A DNA stretch of 35,412 nucleotides, taken from the IMG/VR virus record IMGVR_UViG_3300038520_000506, positions 1 to 35,412 of that record; one strand, given 5' to 3'. A program made the position numbers and the translations under genes. Numbering within the stretch: the stretch's first letter is position 1; every line of letters starts with the position of its first letter. Shown one piece after another: positions 34,211-35,412 of the stretch. The notes below the pieces were generated by a model that was not told the origin of the DNA, ran no database searches, and saw only the letters and a program-made list of their open reading frames with translations. The DNA is from a virus. Its lineage: Duplodnaviria; Caudoviricetes.

Positions 34211-35412
34211 GTGCCTCTTCAAAAACTACAGTTCCGCCCCGGCGTAAATCAGGAAATCACCTCGTATTCCAATGAAGGTGGATGGAGAGATTGCGACAAA
34301 ATCAGATTTCGCTTTGGATACCCAGAAAAAATAGGCGGCTGGGAAAAGTATAGTAGCAACACATACGTTGGCTCTGCCCGTGCGCTCCATAACTGGATCG
34401 CCCTTGATGGATCAAACTATCTGGGCATTGGGACGCATCTGAAATACTACATCGAAGAGGGCGGCGCGTTTAATGATATCACGCCCATAAGACTCATCAC
34501 TGGTGCAGGTGATGTGACATTCTCTGCCTCAAATAATAGCGCCACCCTAACTGTTACTGATGCGTCTCATGGCGCGGTTGAGAGTGACTTTGTGACATTC
34601 TCCGGTGCCGCATCTCTTGGCGGAAATGTAACTGCCGCAGTTTTAAATGCAGAGCATCAGATAGATAGAATCGTAAATGCAAACTCTTACGAGATCACCC
34701 TTAGCGTTACTGCCAACTCATCTGATAGCGGAAATGGCGGCGGTAGCACAGTTGGGACATATCAGATCAATGTTGGACTCGACACTGTTGTTGGCGGCAC
34801 GGGCTGGGGCGCGGGTGCTTGGAGCCGTGGTGCTTGGGGATCTGCGGAGCCAAACGGCCTGACAACGGTTACCCAAATAAGACTGTGGTCGCATGACAAC
34901 TTCGGGGAAGATCTGATTATCAATCCCAGAGATGACAACATTTATTATTGGGATAGAACCAACAACACCTCTACTAGGGCTATTGAGCTTTCTACAAAGA
35001 GCGGAACAAAGACCAGTGTTCCACAAATAGCCAAGCAGGTTCTTGTGTCTGATCAAGACAGGCATGTGATTGCATTTGGGTGTGATGCCCTCGGTGCAAA
35101 TTCAAGCGCAACCCAAGGTGACGGGATACAAGACCCGCTCCTGATACGCTTTTCATCTCAAGAGAATCCCATAGACTGGTTCCCGACAAGCACAAACACA
35201 GCCGGTGATTTAAGGCTAGGCTCTGGCTCTAGGTTTATTCAGGCTGTGGAGACAAAGCGTGAGATACTGGTTTGGACTGACACATCTCTAAACTCTATGC
35301 GCTTTATTGGTCCACCGTTTACTTTTGGCCTGCAACAGCTTGCCTCAAACATCACGATCATGGGTCCAAATGCTGCGGTTGCCACAGAAGATGTTGTCTA
35401 CTGGATGGGGAT
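34211..35412 (+). CDS. Tail stabilisation / nozzle-like protein, truncated at the window end
   Basis: GTG start after GGAG; MPLQKLQFRPGVNQEITSYSNEGGWRDCDKIRFRFGYPEKIGGW...; absent from the ORF track because it has no stop in the window. Confidence 0.75.
   Translation, partial: MPLQKLQFRPGVNQEITSYSNEGGWRDCDKIRFRFGYPEKIGGWEKYSSNTYVGSARALHNWIALDGSNYLGIGTHLKYYIEEGGAFNDITPIRLITGAGDVTFSASNNSATLTVTDASHGAVESDFVTFSGAASLGGNVTAAVLNAEHQIDRIVNANSYEITLSVTANSSDSGNGGGSTVGTYQINVGLDTVVGGTGWGAGAWSRGAWGSAEPNGLTTVTQIRLWSHDNFGEDLIINPRDDNIYYWDRTNNTSTRAIELSTKSGTKTSVPQIAKQVLVSDQDRHVIAFGCDALGANSSATQGDGIQDPLLIRFSSQENPIDWFPTSTNTAGDLRLGSGSRFIQAVETKREILVWTDTSLNSMRFIGPPFTFGLQQLASNITIMGPNAAVATEDVVYWMG

Overview
A ~35 kb segment of a tailed dsDNA phage genome, podovirus-like in gene order (inferred; probably a marine proteobacterial host). 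It has two arms. Left arm (1-6250, minus strand): an early-type operon with small hypothetical genes, a WYL_2/SH3-like protein, and an AAA+ ATPase next to a HEXXH-metallopeptidase/VWA gene. Right arm (6571-35412, mostly plus strand): terS, terL, portal, GroES, scaffold, major capsid protein, a cluster of very basic xxGG-repeat proteins (one with an ArfA-like motif, one with LysM), head-tail adaptors, a long array of paralogous tail/adhesin genes, and a truncated tail stabilisation gene. The most striking signal is non-coding, at the 5' end of the leftward transcript: a ~275-nt multi-stem RNA followed by two type III hammerhead ribozymes (5917-5966 and 5370-5440) that bracket two small ORFs. 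Double cleavage would free the structured RNA and excise a 525-nt, potentially circularisable, two-gene RNA. A palindrome AAGTT-N6-AACTT recurs at five intergenic sites. No tRNA, rRNA, CRISPR array or integrase was seen. All structures were folded by eye and no database searches were run.
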